A DNA stretch of 64,000 nt from positions 106,020,001-106,084,000 of the forward strand of contig NC_043001.1 of assembly GCF_006345805.1 (NCBI RefSeq), written 5' to 3'. Shown here piece after piece: positions 41,011 through 54,830 of this stretch. Position 1 is the stretch's first letter. The number at the start of each line of letters is the position of its first letter. Source of the DNA: Octopus sinensis (taxonomy: Eukaryota). Under the pieces are notes generated by a model. That model was not told the DNA's origin and did no database searches. It worked only from the letters and a program-made list of their open reading frames with translations. The position numbers and the translations under genes were made by a program.

Positions 41011-41970
41011 GAATCATATCGAAAATGAAAGCTAGCTATATATGCTCCTCCCTCTTTGGACTGTTCGCTTTCCCATAAAAAATTTCTGTGAGGGAGCGGC
41101 CAGTCGATTAGATCGACCTCAGTGCGCAACTGGTACATAATTTATCGACCCCGAAAGGATGAAAGGCAAAGTCGACCTAGACGGAATTTGAACTAAGAAC
41201 GTAAAGACAGTCAAAACACTGCCAAGCATTTCGCCCGGCGTGCTAACGATTCTGCCAGCTCGCCAGAGAAAAGAGTATACCTATTTTTACTTTTTCGTGT
41301 GATTCTTATATTATTATTAGAGTAGATGTGGACGGTGTGATTCCGCCTTGGTTTTAGGATCTTCAGCACGATAGAACTGTATGTTTTAAAGTTTGTCCAC
41401 CTAAAGTCATTTAAGAGTTGAAATTGAAGATGATAAAATTTTTTCCTTAATAACTTACAAAAGATGGAACGAGTGACAGAAACAAAGACAGAAATCCCTT
41501 TTGTGGTTCTTGAAGCTATTCTGCATGCCATCATTTATTCTTATTAATATTTTGTAGCTCCAGTATAACTTTGCCTAGCGTTATGATCTGTGTAGTAACA
41601 TTGACTGTTCTCGCTACAGGTAACACGCTGGCCAGCGTGTGTTCTCAGGTGCAAATTATGAATTTCTGGCTGTGTTCATTTTGCGTTATCCTGCCTGTTT
41701 CAACTCGCCATGGCCTCTTGCCATCAATTTCAATGGATAGAAACTGAAGTCCAGCCAATGCCTCAACTACACGTGTTCTGTTCGCAGGAGGGGGTTATAC
41801 AATGGTAGCGAGAGAAAGAGGAAGAATGGTAAATGATTGTGTGACTGCGTAAATAGATAGAATAGCGACTAAGCTTTTTTTTGTGTGTGTTGAGAAAATT
41901 TTTATGGGAGAGCGAACAGTCCAAAGAGGGAGGAGCATATATAGCTAGCTTTCATTTTTGCTATGATTCC

Positions 41971-41971
<1 letters not shown>
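41009..41971. mobile_element. About 960 bp element with 79-bp terminal inverted repeats in (TA)n, with a nested SINE
   Basis: 41009-41087 vs reverse complement of 41893-41971: 4 mismatches by eye; TA arrays on both sides; SINE A at 41092-41265 inside. Confidence 0.7.
41092..41265 (-). mobile_element. SINE family A
   Basis: Reverse complement of the family A head and body. Confidence 0.8.
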
Positions 41972-42046
<75 letters not shown>

Positions 42047-42079
42047 CGCGTGCGCGCGTGTGTGTATGCATGCATATTC

Positions 42080-42169
<90 letters not shown>

Positions 42170-42318
42170 TGTGTGTGTGTGTGCGCGTGCGCGTGTGTGT
42201 GTATGCATGCATATTCATGTATATATATATATATATATATATATAATGTGTGTGTGTGTATAGATATAGATAGATAGATGGTAGATAGATAGATATATAG
42301 ATATAGATATACAGATAG

Positions 42319-42356
<38 letters not shown>

Positions 42357-42467
42357 TATATATATATTATATATATATATATATATATGTATATACATAC
42401 AATATATATACATAGATACATAGATTCAAACATACACATACATATACACGCACACACACACACACAT

Positions 42468-42531
<64 letters not shown>

Positions 42532-42908
42532 AATAGGTTATGAGAGAGAATGTAAAGAGCTATTTATAAATGTTCTAAAATCCTCACAGCGTTGGTCTTT
42601 AATCTCATTCTGAAAAAAAATAGATATATAAAAATCCTTGTGAGTGGATTTGGTAGACGGAAACTGACGGTAGCTGGTAGTATATATGTATATTTATATG
42701 TATATGTGTCTATATGTTTGTGTGTTTGTGTTTGTCCCCCTCCCCCAATATCGCTTAACAAACGAAGCAGGTGTGTTTACGTCCCCGTAACTTAGCGGTT
42801 CGGCAAATGAGAACAATAGAATAAGTCCTTGGGTCGATCTACTCGACTGAAGGGGGTGCTCTGGCATGGCCACAGTCAAATGACTGAAACAAGTAATAGA
42901 GTAAAAGA

Positions 42909-42997
<89 letters not shown>

Positions 42998-43007
42998 ATA
43001 TATATCC

Positions 43008-43260
43008 AATTATGAGTGGCTCATCCGGTATTCCTTGAATAAATCTATCCAGATTCCGTTTAAGGTTGATGGGATCCTTTTCCTCTTTGATCTCTTTCGG
43101 GGCAATGCTAAACAGGGCAGGGTCTGTTGAGGAAAAGAAATTATGCTGCTGTGATCCTGAATTGGGCAGGTGACGTATGACCCGTGGTCCCAGGCTTGGA
43201 TGAACCTTGAAACTAATGTTCAGGTCGTTTGGGCAAAGTTGGCGGTATATTCTCCACATT
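43008..43260 (-). mobile_element. CR1-group LINE C-terminal fragment, same family as the 20 kb element
   Basis: MWRIYRQLCPNDL...KRNLDRFIQGIPDEP matches MCRIYRQLCP of the 20 kb copy; TA arrays on both sides. Confidence 0.75.
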
Positions 43261-43373
43261 GTATATATATATATATGGAGAGAGAGAGAGAGAGAGAGAG
43301 ATTTGTGTGTATATGTTAGTGTGAGTCGGTGCGTGTATATTTATAAATACACTCATATATGGAAACACACGCA

Positions 43374-43411
<38 letters not shown>

Positions 43412-43434
43412 CAGCATATCGTACAGCGTATCGA

Positions 43435-43518
<84 letters not shown>

Positions 43519-44081
43519 GTATATATATATATATTATATTATATTATATTATATCATATTTCGATATGCTCTACGTCTTCTGTAGGTATATATTTCAGAA
43601 AGTTCACCACTCCATTAAAATATAGAATACCCATTATTTATTGCTCTCTACCTTTTTATACGTTATTCTTAATGAAATATTCTGAGTGTAAATCTAAAAC
43701 GGAGACAACATTCTGCAAGTTTGGAAAACCTGAAGTCCTTATGCATCTCGATTATAAGATGAAATATTCATCAAATAATAAATGACCAGGAACAGCGTCG
43801 TCATTGAAAAATCCCATGTGTTATTTAGATTCCCATCATGCACTACTGTAAGATGTACGTATCGTTGGTGGATTAATGGCGGTTAATTCTTTACGAATAT
43901 GCCATTTATCTATGTTCTATTACTACTTCGATCGCATTTATTATTTAAGTATATTAAGAGTACAAGCAGACACACACACATACGCACACATACACACTAA
44001 CAAACAAATATATATGTGTGTACTTATACTCACAATATGCATTCATTATATATACATACATATATGCATAAGTACATAGAC

Positions 44082-44152
<71 letters not shown>

Positions 44153-44184
44153 TAGTTAGATATATAGATATATAGATATGTTGG

Positions 44185-44229
<45 letters not shown>

Positions 44230-44230
44230 G

Positions 44231-44284
<54 letters not shown>

Positions 44285-44329
44285 GAGATATATAGATAGA
44301 TAGATAGACAGATTATTGATAGATAGATA

Positions 44330-45858
44330 AGTTTATTTATTGGCCACACAGGGCTGCACACAGATGGGACAAATTACAAGGTAGAGCTCTTCTTTTGGGG
44401 GATAAAAAAAACAAAAAACAAAAAACAAGAGAAACAAAAAAAATGGCGTAGGTTTTCGCTCAAAAGGGATCGTGAAAGGGGAAAAAAGGAGAAAAAAAGA
44501 AACAAAAGAAGAGAAAAAGGAAAAAAGAGGAATAAAGAGGAAAAAGGGGGAAAGAAAAGAAAAAACGATCAATAGGGATCGTGTATCACAGCGTCATGAT
44601 GTACGGTGTAAAGGGGGAAGCAGATAAGGTTTATCCGTGGGAAGAAAAGCCTACGAAAAAGACCACGTTAACCTCGGTCAATATTGTTATATGTTACCAC
44701 ATTTGTTTGCAAGTGGGTAACCCTCTGTTTTCAATTTCTGGGTTCATAGGACTATGCTCAAGGTGGCTTCGTCATTCATACGTGCCATCCTTGCTACATT
44801 CACCCATCTTTTTTTAAATCATTCGCTAGACAAAACTTGCCTCTCTACTCTCACTTTCCTTTTCAAGTGGTACTTGAAGAAGTTGATGAAAAATTGACCA
44901 GAGAGGAAAGTGTTTGTCTCCAATCCTTTCAGACGCGTCCACCAGATACGTTCTTTCGCCATAGCCACAAGGATGATGAAAATAGCTCTTCCTCCCCGTT
45001 TGAAGGAAGGAGGCGTGACAATATTAACGATAGACTCAGCTGATAAACCGACTCGTCCCACACGTGACAGCAGTTGTTCTACATAAGCCCACAGGTCGGA
45101 AATTGTTGGACAATGCACGAGCGCGTGCAGAACGGTTTCGTCGCTCTGACCGCATATAGGGCAGGTCGGCCCCGTGTTTCTCGAGCCGTGTCTGTAGAGC
45201 TTATCCCGAACGGGTAGCGCTTCTCGGTAGCACTGCCAGGCCAGGGATCTCTGGAAGTTGTCCATGGGCCCTGGCCCGAAAGTCGTCCCGAACAGACGGG
45301 TCAGGTATTCCTCGTCGACGTCCAGGTTCGCCCCGAGCTCGTCGTCGTACTAATCTCCACTAATCTCCTATAGAATGCTTTGGTTGTGATGGAGTCACTC
45401 AAGGTCGATCCAGGACGGCAGAGTTGCTTGAGAGCAACGCGACACTCGCGGTGCCATTCGCCCTTCCTCGGCCTCTTTTTGACCCACGACTGCAGTTCGG
45501 TCATAGAGACGAGTTGCGGGAAAGCGTGCCCCACAAACGGCGACCAGACCTGTTCACCGTCGTCTCCGAAGAGCCTGAGATGTCGCAGTCTCAGCGCGTG
45601 TCTGCGCATCATCAACTACGGCATGCCCAGTCCTCCTTTTAACGGGTGTTGACAGCAAATGGATCGCCTGACCATCGGGACGCATCCTTTTCACAAGAAG
45701 CGAAAGAGAACGCGTTCTAGTTTGGTGATGGTAGGGTCGGGACAAGGCACGACGGTCAGGCGGTAGTAGATGACGGACGCGATGTACGTGTTCGCCACCT
45801 CCGCCCGGCCTTTTAGTGACAGTTTCTTTCGGCCCATTGCCGGGCGAGAGTGACCAAA
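44330..45858 (-). mobile_element. L1/Tx1-clade LINE, 5'-truncated (RT C-terminus, zf-RVT-type CCHC, 3' UTR)
   Basis: [70 protein letters not shown]; T-rich 3' UTR ending in AATAAA; (GATA)n on both sides. Confidence 0.88.
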
Positions 45859-45898
45859 CAGATTGATTGATAGATAGATAGATAGATAGATAGATAAT

Positions 45899-45994
<96 letters not shown>

Positions 45995-46045
45995 AAGATA
46001 GATAGATGATGGATGGATGGATGGATAGATAGATAGATAGATTGT

Positions 46046-46077
<32 letters not shown>

Positions 46078-46129
46078 GATAGATAGATAGATAGATAGAT
46101 AGAGATAGATAGATAGATAGATAGATAGG

Positions 46130-46211
<82 letters not shown>

Positions 46212-47019
46212 TGCATACATATATTTGCATTTATTGGTGCGGCTGATATTAAAGATACTTTCTCTTTTTTCTTATATTTATCGTTTGCTCCCTTCGTATT
46301 AATCGTTTCCGATCTGTGTGCGTGCAACAGAGCGATGCAAAGTCGATACAGTTGAACATATGGATATATTTGAATATCGTATTGATTTGTTTTCAACGCG
46401 GAAAACAAAATATAATAGCATGAGTTAAAGATATATACACACTAAATTTTGAATAATATACAGTATTGTTTATTACGCAGAAACGTCAGTGGATGAATAA
46501 ACACTGCTTTCTATCCATTGATATCATTTGCCCATATGTCCGAGGAGAATCGTGGGAGTAAGGTCTTCATGCAGATCTCCTATAAGGTCTTGTGGAAATC
46601 AATTAATTTGGTGATAAGAGGAGTGCATGAACGAAATATTCATACTTCGAGGTTTGGAATTAAAAAACAAATGTATTTCTTATCCCCGGTTTTGTTCTCC
46701 TGTTCCTTTACTATCAAGCACTTTCGCTCTTCACAAAGCTGGCAGCACCTAACGTGTTTTTGCCTCGAATCAAGCATTAAACAAGTCCTGCATCTCTTGC
46801 AACATTGTATTGCCTTTACTTCCTGGAAACTATATCACCTCTATCTGATTTCATTAACACATTTTCTTAATCCGTGTAAACTAACATTTTTGCGCACCCT
46901 GTTTATTAATATTCTTTTTAATATCCTTTCAAACTTCTCTTCAACGTATTATATATACATATACATACATACACCCCCCTCCCCACACACATACACACAC
47001 GTACATACACACACATACA

Positions 47020-47118
<99 letters not shown>

Positions 47119-47659
47119 TTTAGATATAGATATAGATTTATATTTGTATGTGTAAAGTAACAGTTTAGAAAAAAAGCCGTTTCATAACTAGCGTGAACTA
47201 GACATATCTTCAGTTTTACTAAACGATAACGGTTCTCTGCAAAGAATGTTTTTTTTTCTAAACACAAGAACGCCGTTTATAGTTCAAGACATATTCCTCA
47301 TAAAAAAATTATGGCTGGGCGTGTTGTCTTCCTTCGTTTGATAACAAGTTTTTCTAATTTTGAAGTAAAAATTTTCGAAAATGTGGAGAAATCCCCACGG
47401 TTTCCGTCCTGATGTTCAGGTAGCCTCCTGGCGTATGTGAGGTCATAAGGATTATATATTTGTTTGCCATACACAATTTACATATCTTGTTCCATTGCTA
47501 TAGGGTCCATAAGTTTCTAGTAATTTTCAGCTGATGTTAAAGGGTGTATGCTGCAAGTGTCGTTCTGCTGCGTCTTTCGGTTCCCTGAAAGAAGATCTCC
47601 TCTTGGGATTACACCCTAAATATAGCATGGCGTCTCATGTGGCTTTTTAAACCAGACGT

Positions 47660-47909
47660 TGTACTGAAATTCAAATCGGACCATGTTAACACCAAAAATT
47701 ATTTACATCGAAAAGGTGCTTTTTTTTATAAAAATCCTTATTTTTTTACGCTTTTTGACATTTGTGTCGCCATTTTTCGGTGTATTTCAACCGCAAATAT
47801 GTTCACTTAAAGAAAATAACAAGCTACGTAATGCAAAATATTTACTTTTCAAAAATTCCAATTCTAAAGGGTCGAAAGAAACCCGAGGAAAACCGGGCGT
47901 TACTGCTAG
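47660..47909 (+). mobile_element. Probable non-autonomous Helitron 3' end
   Basis: CCCG-aggaaaac-CGGG hairpin 47882-47897, then CTAG 47906-47909 followed by T; 5' boundary uncertain. Confidence 0.45.
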
Positions 47910-47990
<81 letters not shown>

Positions 47991-48612
47991 GCGTGTGTGT
48001 GTGTGTGTGCGTGTGTGTGTATGCATGCTTGTATGTATTATTTATTATTTAATGTATATGTATATGTAAACAGGACATTGAAAGAATAAATTTTCGCGAT
48101 TACTTATTCAGCTGTTAGTCATGTTTTGATGCAGAAAATATCGTTCAGTATTTGGAATCCCGGAATAAGCATTTGCATTCCAAGAAGACTGTTTGGATTT
48201 TCATCCTTCCTACATTATGTGTGAGTGTGTGTGTGTGTGTGTATGTGCGCGCGCTTGTGTGCGTGGATCGAATATGTCATAAATGAGGAAAATATCCAGA
48301 CTTCCTTGATATATTTCGTAATAAGCCAGATGATGCCTTACAACTCTACAATTGGTATTACTTCAACTGCCCTTTGAAGAAATATAAGAGTGTGTGGAAT
48401 CAATGGCGAATTTGTAAGTCTTCACTAACTTAATCGAAGAAATATCACCTCTACTTCTATAACACAGTAAGGTATGGTCTCGTTGGTCAGTGAACGAGAA
48501 ATAATATACGTGTATGTGCCACAGTGTGTTAATATTCATTTATTTATTCTTCTCGTGTTGGTATCATTTCACATACAACACTCGTAAGAGCACGGTATCC
48601 TAATTACAATAC

Positions 48613-49021
48613 GGCGAGCTGGCAGAAACGTTAGCACGCTGGGCGAAATGCTTACCGTTATTTCGTCTGCCGCTTCGTTCTGAGTTCAAATTCCGCCGAG
48701 GTCGACTTTGCCTTTCATCCTTTAGGGGTTGATTAAACAAGTACCAGTTACGCACTGGGGTCGATGTAATCGACTTAATCCGTTTGTCTGTCCTTGTTTG
48801 TCCTCTCTGTGTTTAGCCCCTTGTGGATAGTAAAGAAATAGGTTTCGTCTGCCGTTATGTTCTGAGTTCAAATTCCGCTGAGGTTGACTTTGCCTTTCAT
48901 CCTTTCGTTGTCGATTAAATAATTGCCAGTTACTGGGGTCGATATAATCGATTTAATCCGTCTGTGTGTCCTTGTTTGTTCCCTCTGTAGTTAGCCCCTT
49001 GTGAGAAGTAAAGAAATAGGC
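48613..49021 (+). mobile_element. SINE family A (ggcgagctggcaga head), full copy plus tandem 5'-truncated copy
   Basis: tRNA-like head with gagttcaaattcc B-box; unit ends taaagaaatagg and restarts at tttcgtctgcc (48843). Confidence 0.8.
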
Positions 49022-49704
49022 ATCCTTACTACAATACAGGTTGTCAAGCCATGAGAGAAACATTGATGTACAAAAGCATTTACAAACAGACATAGATGTG
49101 TAGTGGTTTGTGGTCTGTAGCTAAAAGAGTTGGATAAACTATCTTCCAGAAAGTTTTATAAATTAATCTTCCTTGAATATGTTTCTCGAAACATATACGT
49201 CATAAGAAGTAATTCTTAACTATTGAAGGAGCTTCGCGTTTCTCCTGGAAGATTCTAGAATGTCTAGCGTTCCATTAATAAAAACAACTTGCTTATCCTG
49301 CTCTTTGCTTCTTAGTTGACTAGATTCTGAACAATTCACGTCGTTGCCTGTCTTTTCTCTATGCCACATGACTGAAAACCGCCACTTAGCTGTTATTTAT
49401 ACATTTCTGAACTTCCTTGCATAGATTACATCATTCAGCTAGATTCTACCTTTTGATTATATTTCATCAACAACCAATGAATAATATATACTTTTATATA
49501 GTAAATATATAGTTCGTGAATTTCCTCTTCTTCTTCTCTGTAAGGATTGTTCTAATAATAAACACGCAGCCGTTTCAGTACTTAATACTGAACATATATT
49601 CTCGCTAAAAATACATACTTACGCATATTCGCTTCGGATATTCTTCCTCAATCAAATTCCTTCATGAGGTATTAATTGTACAGGGCATATATAAAAATCT
49701 GAAT

Positions 49705-49908
49705 GGCGGCGAGTAGGCAGTATCGTTAGCACGCCGGACCAAATCCTTAGCGGAATTTCGTCCGCCGAAATCAACTTTGTCTTTCAGCTATTCGGAGTCG
49801 ATGAAATAAATACCAGTTTCGCACTGGGGTCGATCTAATCGATTTAATCCCTTTATCTGTCCTTGTTTCTCCCCTCTATGTTTAGCCACCTGTGGGCAAT
49901 AAAGAAAT
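49705..49908 (+). mobile_element. SINE family A
   Basis: Similar to 48613-48842. Confidence 0.75.
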
Positions 49909-49911
49909 ATA

Positions 49912-50271
49912 TAGGGTGATTCAAAAGTCTCCATACATAGGAAAAAATAATTTTTTATAAAAACAGTTTCCAAGATCCCCAAGATCCCCTGACCTGACCC
50001 CTCTTGATTGCAATCTTTGGGGCATGGCGTATCGCAGAAAGATAAAAGACATAAATAATTTGAAGGAACGCATCACCAAATCGCTTGGATACGTATCACC
50101 AGATGTGCTATTACGAGTTCACACTGAATGGGGTAAACATATTGCAATGTGTATTCAAAACAATGGTAACCGTATAGATCTTGTTAAATAAAAAAACAAA
50201 ACTGATCTTATAAACTGTTTCTTATAAAATGATAAATTGTTCCTATGTATGGCGACTTTTGAATCACCCTG
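49912..50271 (+). mobile_element. Tc1/mariner internal-deletion derivative (MITE-like) with TIRs and TA TSD
   Basis: TIRs (t/c)agggtgattcaaaagtc(t/g)ccatacatagg at both ends, TA at 49910-11 and 50272-73; internal RSPDLTPLDCNLWG transposase motif. Confidence 0.85.
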
Positions 50272-51198
50272 TAGATTAAAATCTACTCTCCTTAGTTGCC
50301 TCACAGTGGTACTTAACGCGATAAAAAATATTGTGGCGAAATAAACTACTTAAACTGCATCTATTTATACTTGTGTTTATGTGAAGGCGCCAACGTAGTG
50401 GATAGAGCATTCCGTTCACGTTGCTCCTCTTCAGTCAGCTGCTAAAAACGAGAAGAACCCGTAATCCAAAACGGCCAGCCTTGTCACATTCTGTGTCACG
50501 CTGAATCTCCCTGAGAACTATATGAATGGTAACTGTGTCTGTGGAGTGCTCAGCCCCATTCACGTTAATTTACAAGCAGGCTGTTCCGTTCAGGGGATCA
50601 AATGGAACCCTCGTCATCGAAATCAATAAACTGTCAGTTTTTGTTACACTTGCTTTTATGAATATTTGCATATATGTATGTACGACTTCATGTAGGAATA
50701 TTACAAAACTAGAAGCTAGAATTGTGGTGTTTATATTGCGAATACATTACTCTAAGCTTATTAATATTTACATGTTCATCACGTACCTTTACTCCATGTA
50801 TAAAAACAATTCTGCACACATTTTTTTAGCATTTTCACATGAAAGCAATGCCTTTCCTTTTTTAAAATTACTTTTTGGAATAATTTAAAAAGTTCCCCTC
50901 TAAATTAGTTTCACAATGTTTCATATGAAACTGTAGTAATTTCCAGAATAGATATTGAATCGTGAGCATAAGGTGAGAGGAAAAAATTTTATTGCAGTTA
51001 AAATTTTGACTTTATAGATGCGTACATATATGTGTGTGTGAGTGTTTCGTTATCATATCCAATTATAATAAAAGCAATTTTAAGTTAATCTATCTCTCTC
51101 TCTCTCTCGTTCTCTCTCTACGTACACATAAATAAATAAATGAATATATATATATCTCTGTATTTACATATACATATGTATGTAGATATATATAAATG

Positions 51199-51234
<36 letters not shown>

Positions 51235-52069
51235 ATATATATAAACATATACATACATGTATATATATAATATAGAGATATAGGTAGATGTATTGAAGGA
51301 ATAAGTATAATCATGGTTATTGATATATGGGGTGAGGAATATCTGTGTCTGTGTGTGTGTATATGTATATAACTCGAAAAGAAGAGGATTTCATATTAGA
51401 AAGTGCATGCTATATGTTAATAATTGCAAATAGTGTAACATTTTTGAAAAAGAAATGAAATCCACATTTACAGAAGGTTGTAAATAAAGTACACTTAATA
51501 TCAGATATTAGTTATGATTAAATAGTAATCGAAAAAATATAGAATTCCATTCAGCAAAATTTTAGAATTTTCTAAACTTTCAAATGATGAAAAACATTAG
51601 CTGTATCTGTTATATTTAGTAATAAATATTGAATACTAACATAATAAAATTATATTAACTACTATCTAACAAAGTATGATATTATTTTAATGTCGAAACC
51701 GAACGTAATCTTCTCAAGAACAATGCAAAATTAATATGTAAATTATACCATTTTTTAATGTTGGTTATAACATGTTATATATATATATATATCATTTGTA
51801 GTTTGCATATGATGCGAGTAAGTCAATTTTCTTTAAAAAGATTACTAAGTGTAGCATTCGAATATATGTAAAAGGTTCGGAATTCTGATTTTGTAATCCA
51901 AGTACCTTTTCAAGTATTTGCATTTTTTTTCTCGTTGTATTCTTACTTTTAGAGACTATGTTGAAGATCTTTGCTTCAAAGTGTTCGCATATCTGGAAAG
52001 CAAGCAAAATCCCATTGGCGATACGTACTGATGCCCCTTCGAAGATGAACTCTTTTTTTTTAATATTTT

Positions 52070-52432
52070 TACTTGTTTCACTCATTTGACTGCGGCCATG
52101 CTGGAGTACCACCTTTAGTCGAGCGAATTGACACCAGGACTTATTCTTTGAAAGCCTAGTACTTATTCTATCCGTCTCTTATGCCGAACCGCTAAATTAC
52201 GGGAACTTAAACACAAAAACATCGGTTATCAAGCGATGTTGGGGGGACAAATGCAGACACACAAACATATACACACATATACAAATATATTTATACATAT
52301 ACAGGACGGGCGTCTTTCAGTTTCCGTCTACCAAATCCACAAGACTTTGGTGGACCTGAGGCTATAGTAGAAGACCCTTGCCCAAGGTGCCACGCAGTGG
52401 GACTGAACCCGGAACCATGTGGTTGTTAAGCT
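52070..52432 (-). mobile_element. SINE family B
   Basis: Reverse complement with gcggccatgctggagtacc tail and cccaaggtgccacgcagtggg core. Confidence 0.8.
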
Positions 52433-53439
52433 GGTGAAAGAGACTGACAAGCGAGTGATACTAGAAATAAAAGCAAGATAGGTAAAGAGGTAAGCCCAGT
52501 GAAAAGCCAAACTAGAAAACGGAAACATGAAGAGACGTACTTCTAAGATTAGAGAGTGAGACAGAGAGAGGGGGAGACATACATACAGCCATGCAGACAG
52601 TCTGATAGACAAAGTCACATCCATCTTGGCCCACTGTTGTCTTCTTCTTACAATCAGGACTCACACCATTAGCCACAAAGAACAATCTCTAATTCGAACC
52701 TACTCTATGCTACTAAGAATGCATGTGGCGACTTGAAGATCCACCTACCACACGCGATAGACTAGAGGTTTCACGGGCGCAAAAGCTACGTTGTTATCCT
52801 CATTCCGTAAACGGTGGCTTTTAAAGGGTGAAGAGCTAAACCATCCTGGGATAGAGAGGATTCGCAATCTAGACTAGGGTCTGAAAGTTTACCATACCAT
52901 AGTGAGTTATACCATGGTTCCTCTGCTTTGTGGCAGGAGTAGGAAGAAAGAGTGAGAGAAAGTTTTGGTGAAAGAGTACAGAGGGTTCACTACCACCACC
53001 AGTCTGGGAATCGAAACCGCGTTCTTACGACTGCGAGTTCGCTGCCTTAACCACTGGGCCATTGCGCCCCCACTGGTAATTTATTTATTTATTTAGCTAT
53101 TTAAGGCGGTGAGCTGGTAGAATCATTATGTGTCGGAAAAAATCCTGAACGATATTTGTTGCGATTCTTTACGTTCCTAGTTCAAAATCTACTTGGGTCG
53201 ATTTTGCATTTCCTTCTTTCGACTTGGATAAAATATACTAGCAATGATGTTCAGGGGATGCTAGTATCAATTCACTCTTTTTTTCCTAAAATTTCTTTCC
53301 TTTTCCTCTTTTAGTAAGAATTATCATCAACATTATTATCTCTATTAGAATGATTGATATAAAATCACTGCAGCATTCGTTACGCTTTAAAATCGTATAG
53401 AGAGTTTTTGTTGCGTTACAATTCACTTTATGCCATACA

Positions 53440-54830
53440 TCCTATGCCTTAATGTTCCATACAATTCTTTTAACGGCATATTGTTACAGTATCATGTATG
53501 TTCGGCAATATTTCTCTTTTAATTTCCTACGCAGTCTTCTTATACATGATTTAGTTCCTTCGTGACTGCATTTCTTACCACCACTTGCACAATTCCAAAG
53601 TTATGCTTCAAACATATGTACGTTATTACAGTTTTGGTCTTGGTAGTTTTCAAACATATCTCTTTTTTTTTATTATACCTGAACATGCTTTTTTTATGCA
53701 GAATCTTTCCGTTTTTGCTAACGATAACATTGTCTAGTTTCTTGGTTCAATCACTTGGTCATATTAAGTTTTCAAATCCCCTAAATCCTTCATTTTCTTC
53801 AACTGCATGCCAACAATCAGCTTTGTTCAAATCCTGTTTGCTACAGAGCTTCCGGTGAAAGTCACGTGCAATATTACATAAGTCTATTTGCATTCATTTC
53901 GTACAGGTTTACTGCATTCACTCATGTGATTGGCAATTTCCCCTCCTTTTTTTCTCATAAGTATGATTTGCACTTTATTAACGACAGTTAGTTTAACACA
54001 GTTTCTTCTAAATATACTTATTTGTGCTATGCTATCAACGATTCTGTGGCACCTGCAGTTCTAATTTCCACATCAGCTTCCTTACTCCTAGCTCATTATC
54101 ACATTTGTTCCTATCTATGAAAACCACTCTACCCATTCTGTTTCTACTCATAGAGAAGTTGTTTATCATATGTCTTCACATTTCTAAACAAACGTGTATT
54201 CATTGTGTTTTCACTCATTTCAGTGGCTGTGTTTGCTACCTTTCTTTGTCACAGAAGTGTATTTCACATAGTTTCATCTAAGTTTGCTTGTGTTCCACAG
54301 ATGTGCTCCACTGATCAACGCTTCTGTTACACCTATAGTGCAGAATTTCACAACAATTTCTTCAGTCCTTGCTGCTTATCACATTCATTCATTCATATCT
54401 CTGAAAATCAGTTCACCCACCCATTGTATTTCCACTGATCTGCCTCTTCACATTCTCTGATATTGTTTCTTACCAATGAAAATTACAGTCTCAGCCATAT
54501 CAACCATCATTGGTTCTGAACTAGTTATCCTTACAGCTAATTAGTTGTCCTTACAACTAATCTCCTACAGCAATTTTTGAGAACAGATAAAATCTATTTG
54601 ATGTCCGTTATCTCTTGTAATATTCCATAACTCTTGAGGTGCCATCGATTTCGCGTCTTTCTGTCTAACTTTTGAAGTTCTGCCTTCTTCCCGTTCACGA
54701 TATTTCATTATTAATATTGCCCATGGGTTTATTGCTAATATCATATTTGTTCTGTCTCATTGATGTCGACGACTTCTAATATTCTTAAGTATTTATATCC
54801 ACTCCGTTGACTGTCCTCCATTATTTCACC
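53440..54830 (-). mobile_element. Highly degenerate R4/Dong-like RT-region fragment
   Basis: Minus-strand remnants GYKYLRILE and AINPWAI; many stops. Confidence 0.45.

Noticed and set aside
41370-41530. Apparent 58-nt minus-strand intron (GTAAGT...TTTAG) and plus-strand MERVTETKTEIPF peptide
   Set aside because: Joined frames are short and unrecognisable and lie inside the TIR element; insufficient support.
46518-47123. 201-aa plus-strand ORF
   Set aside because: No recognisable domain, ends in microsatellite; possibly the antisense of a decayed LINE, not demonstrable.
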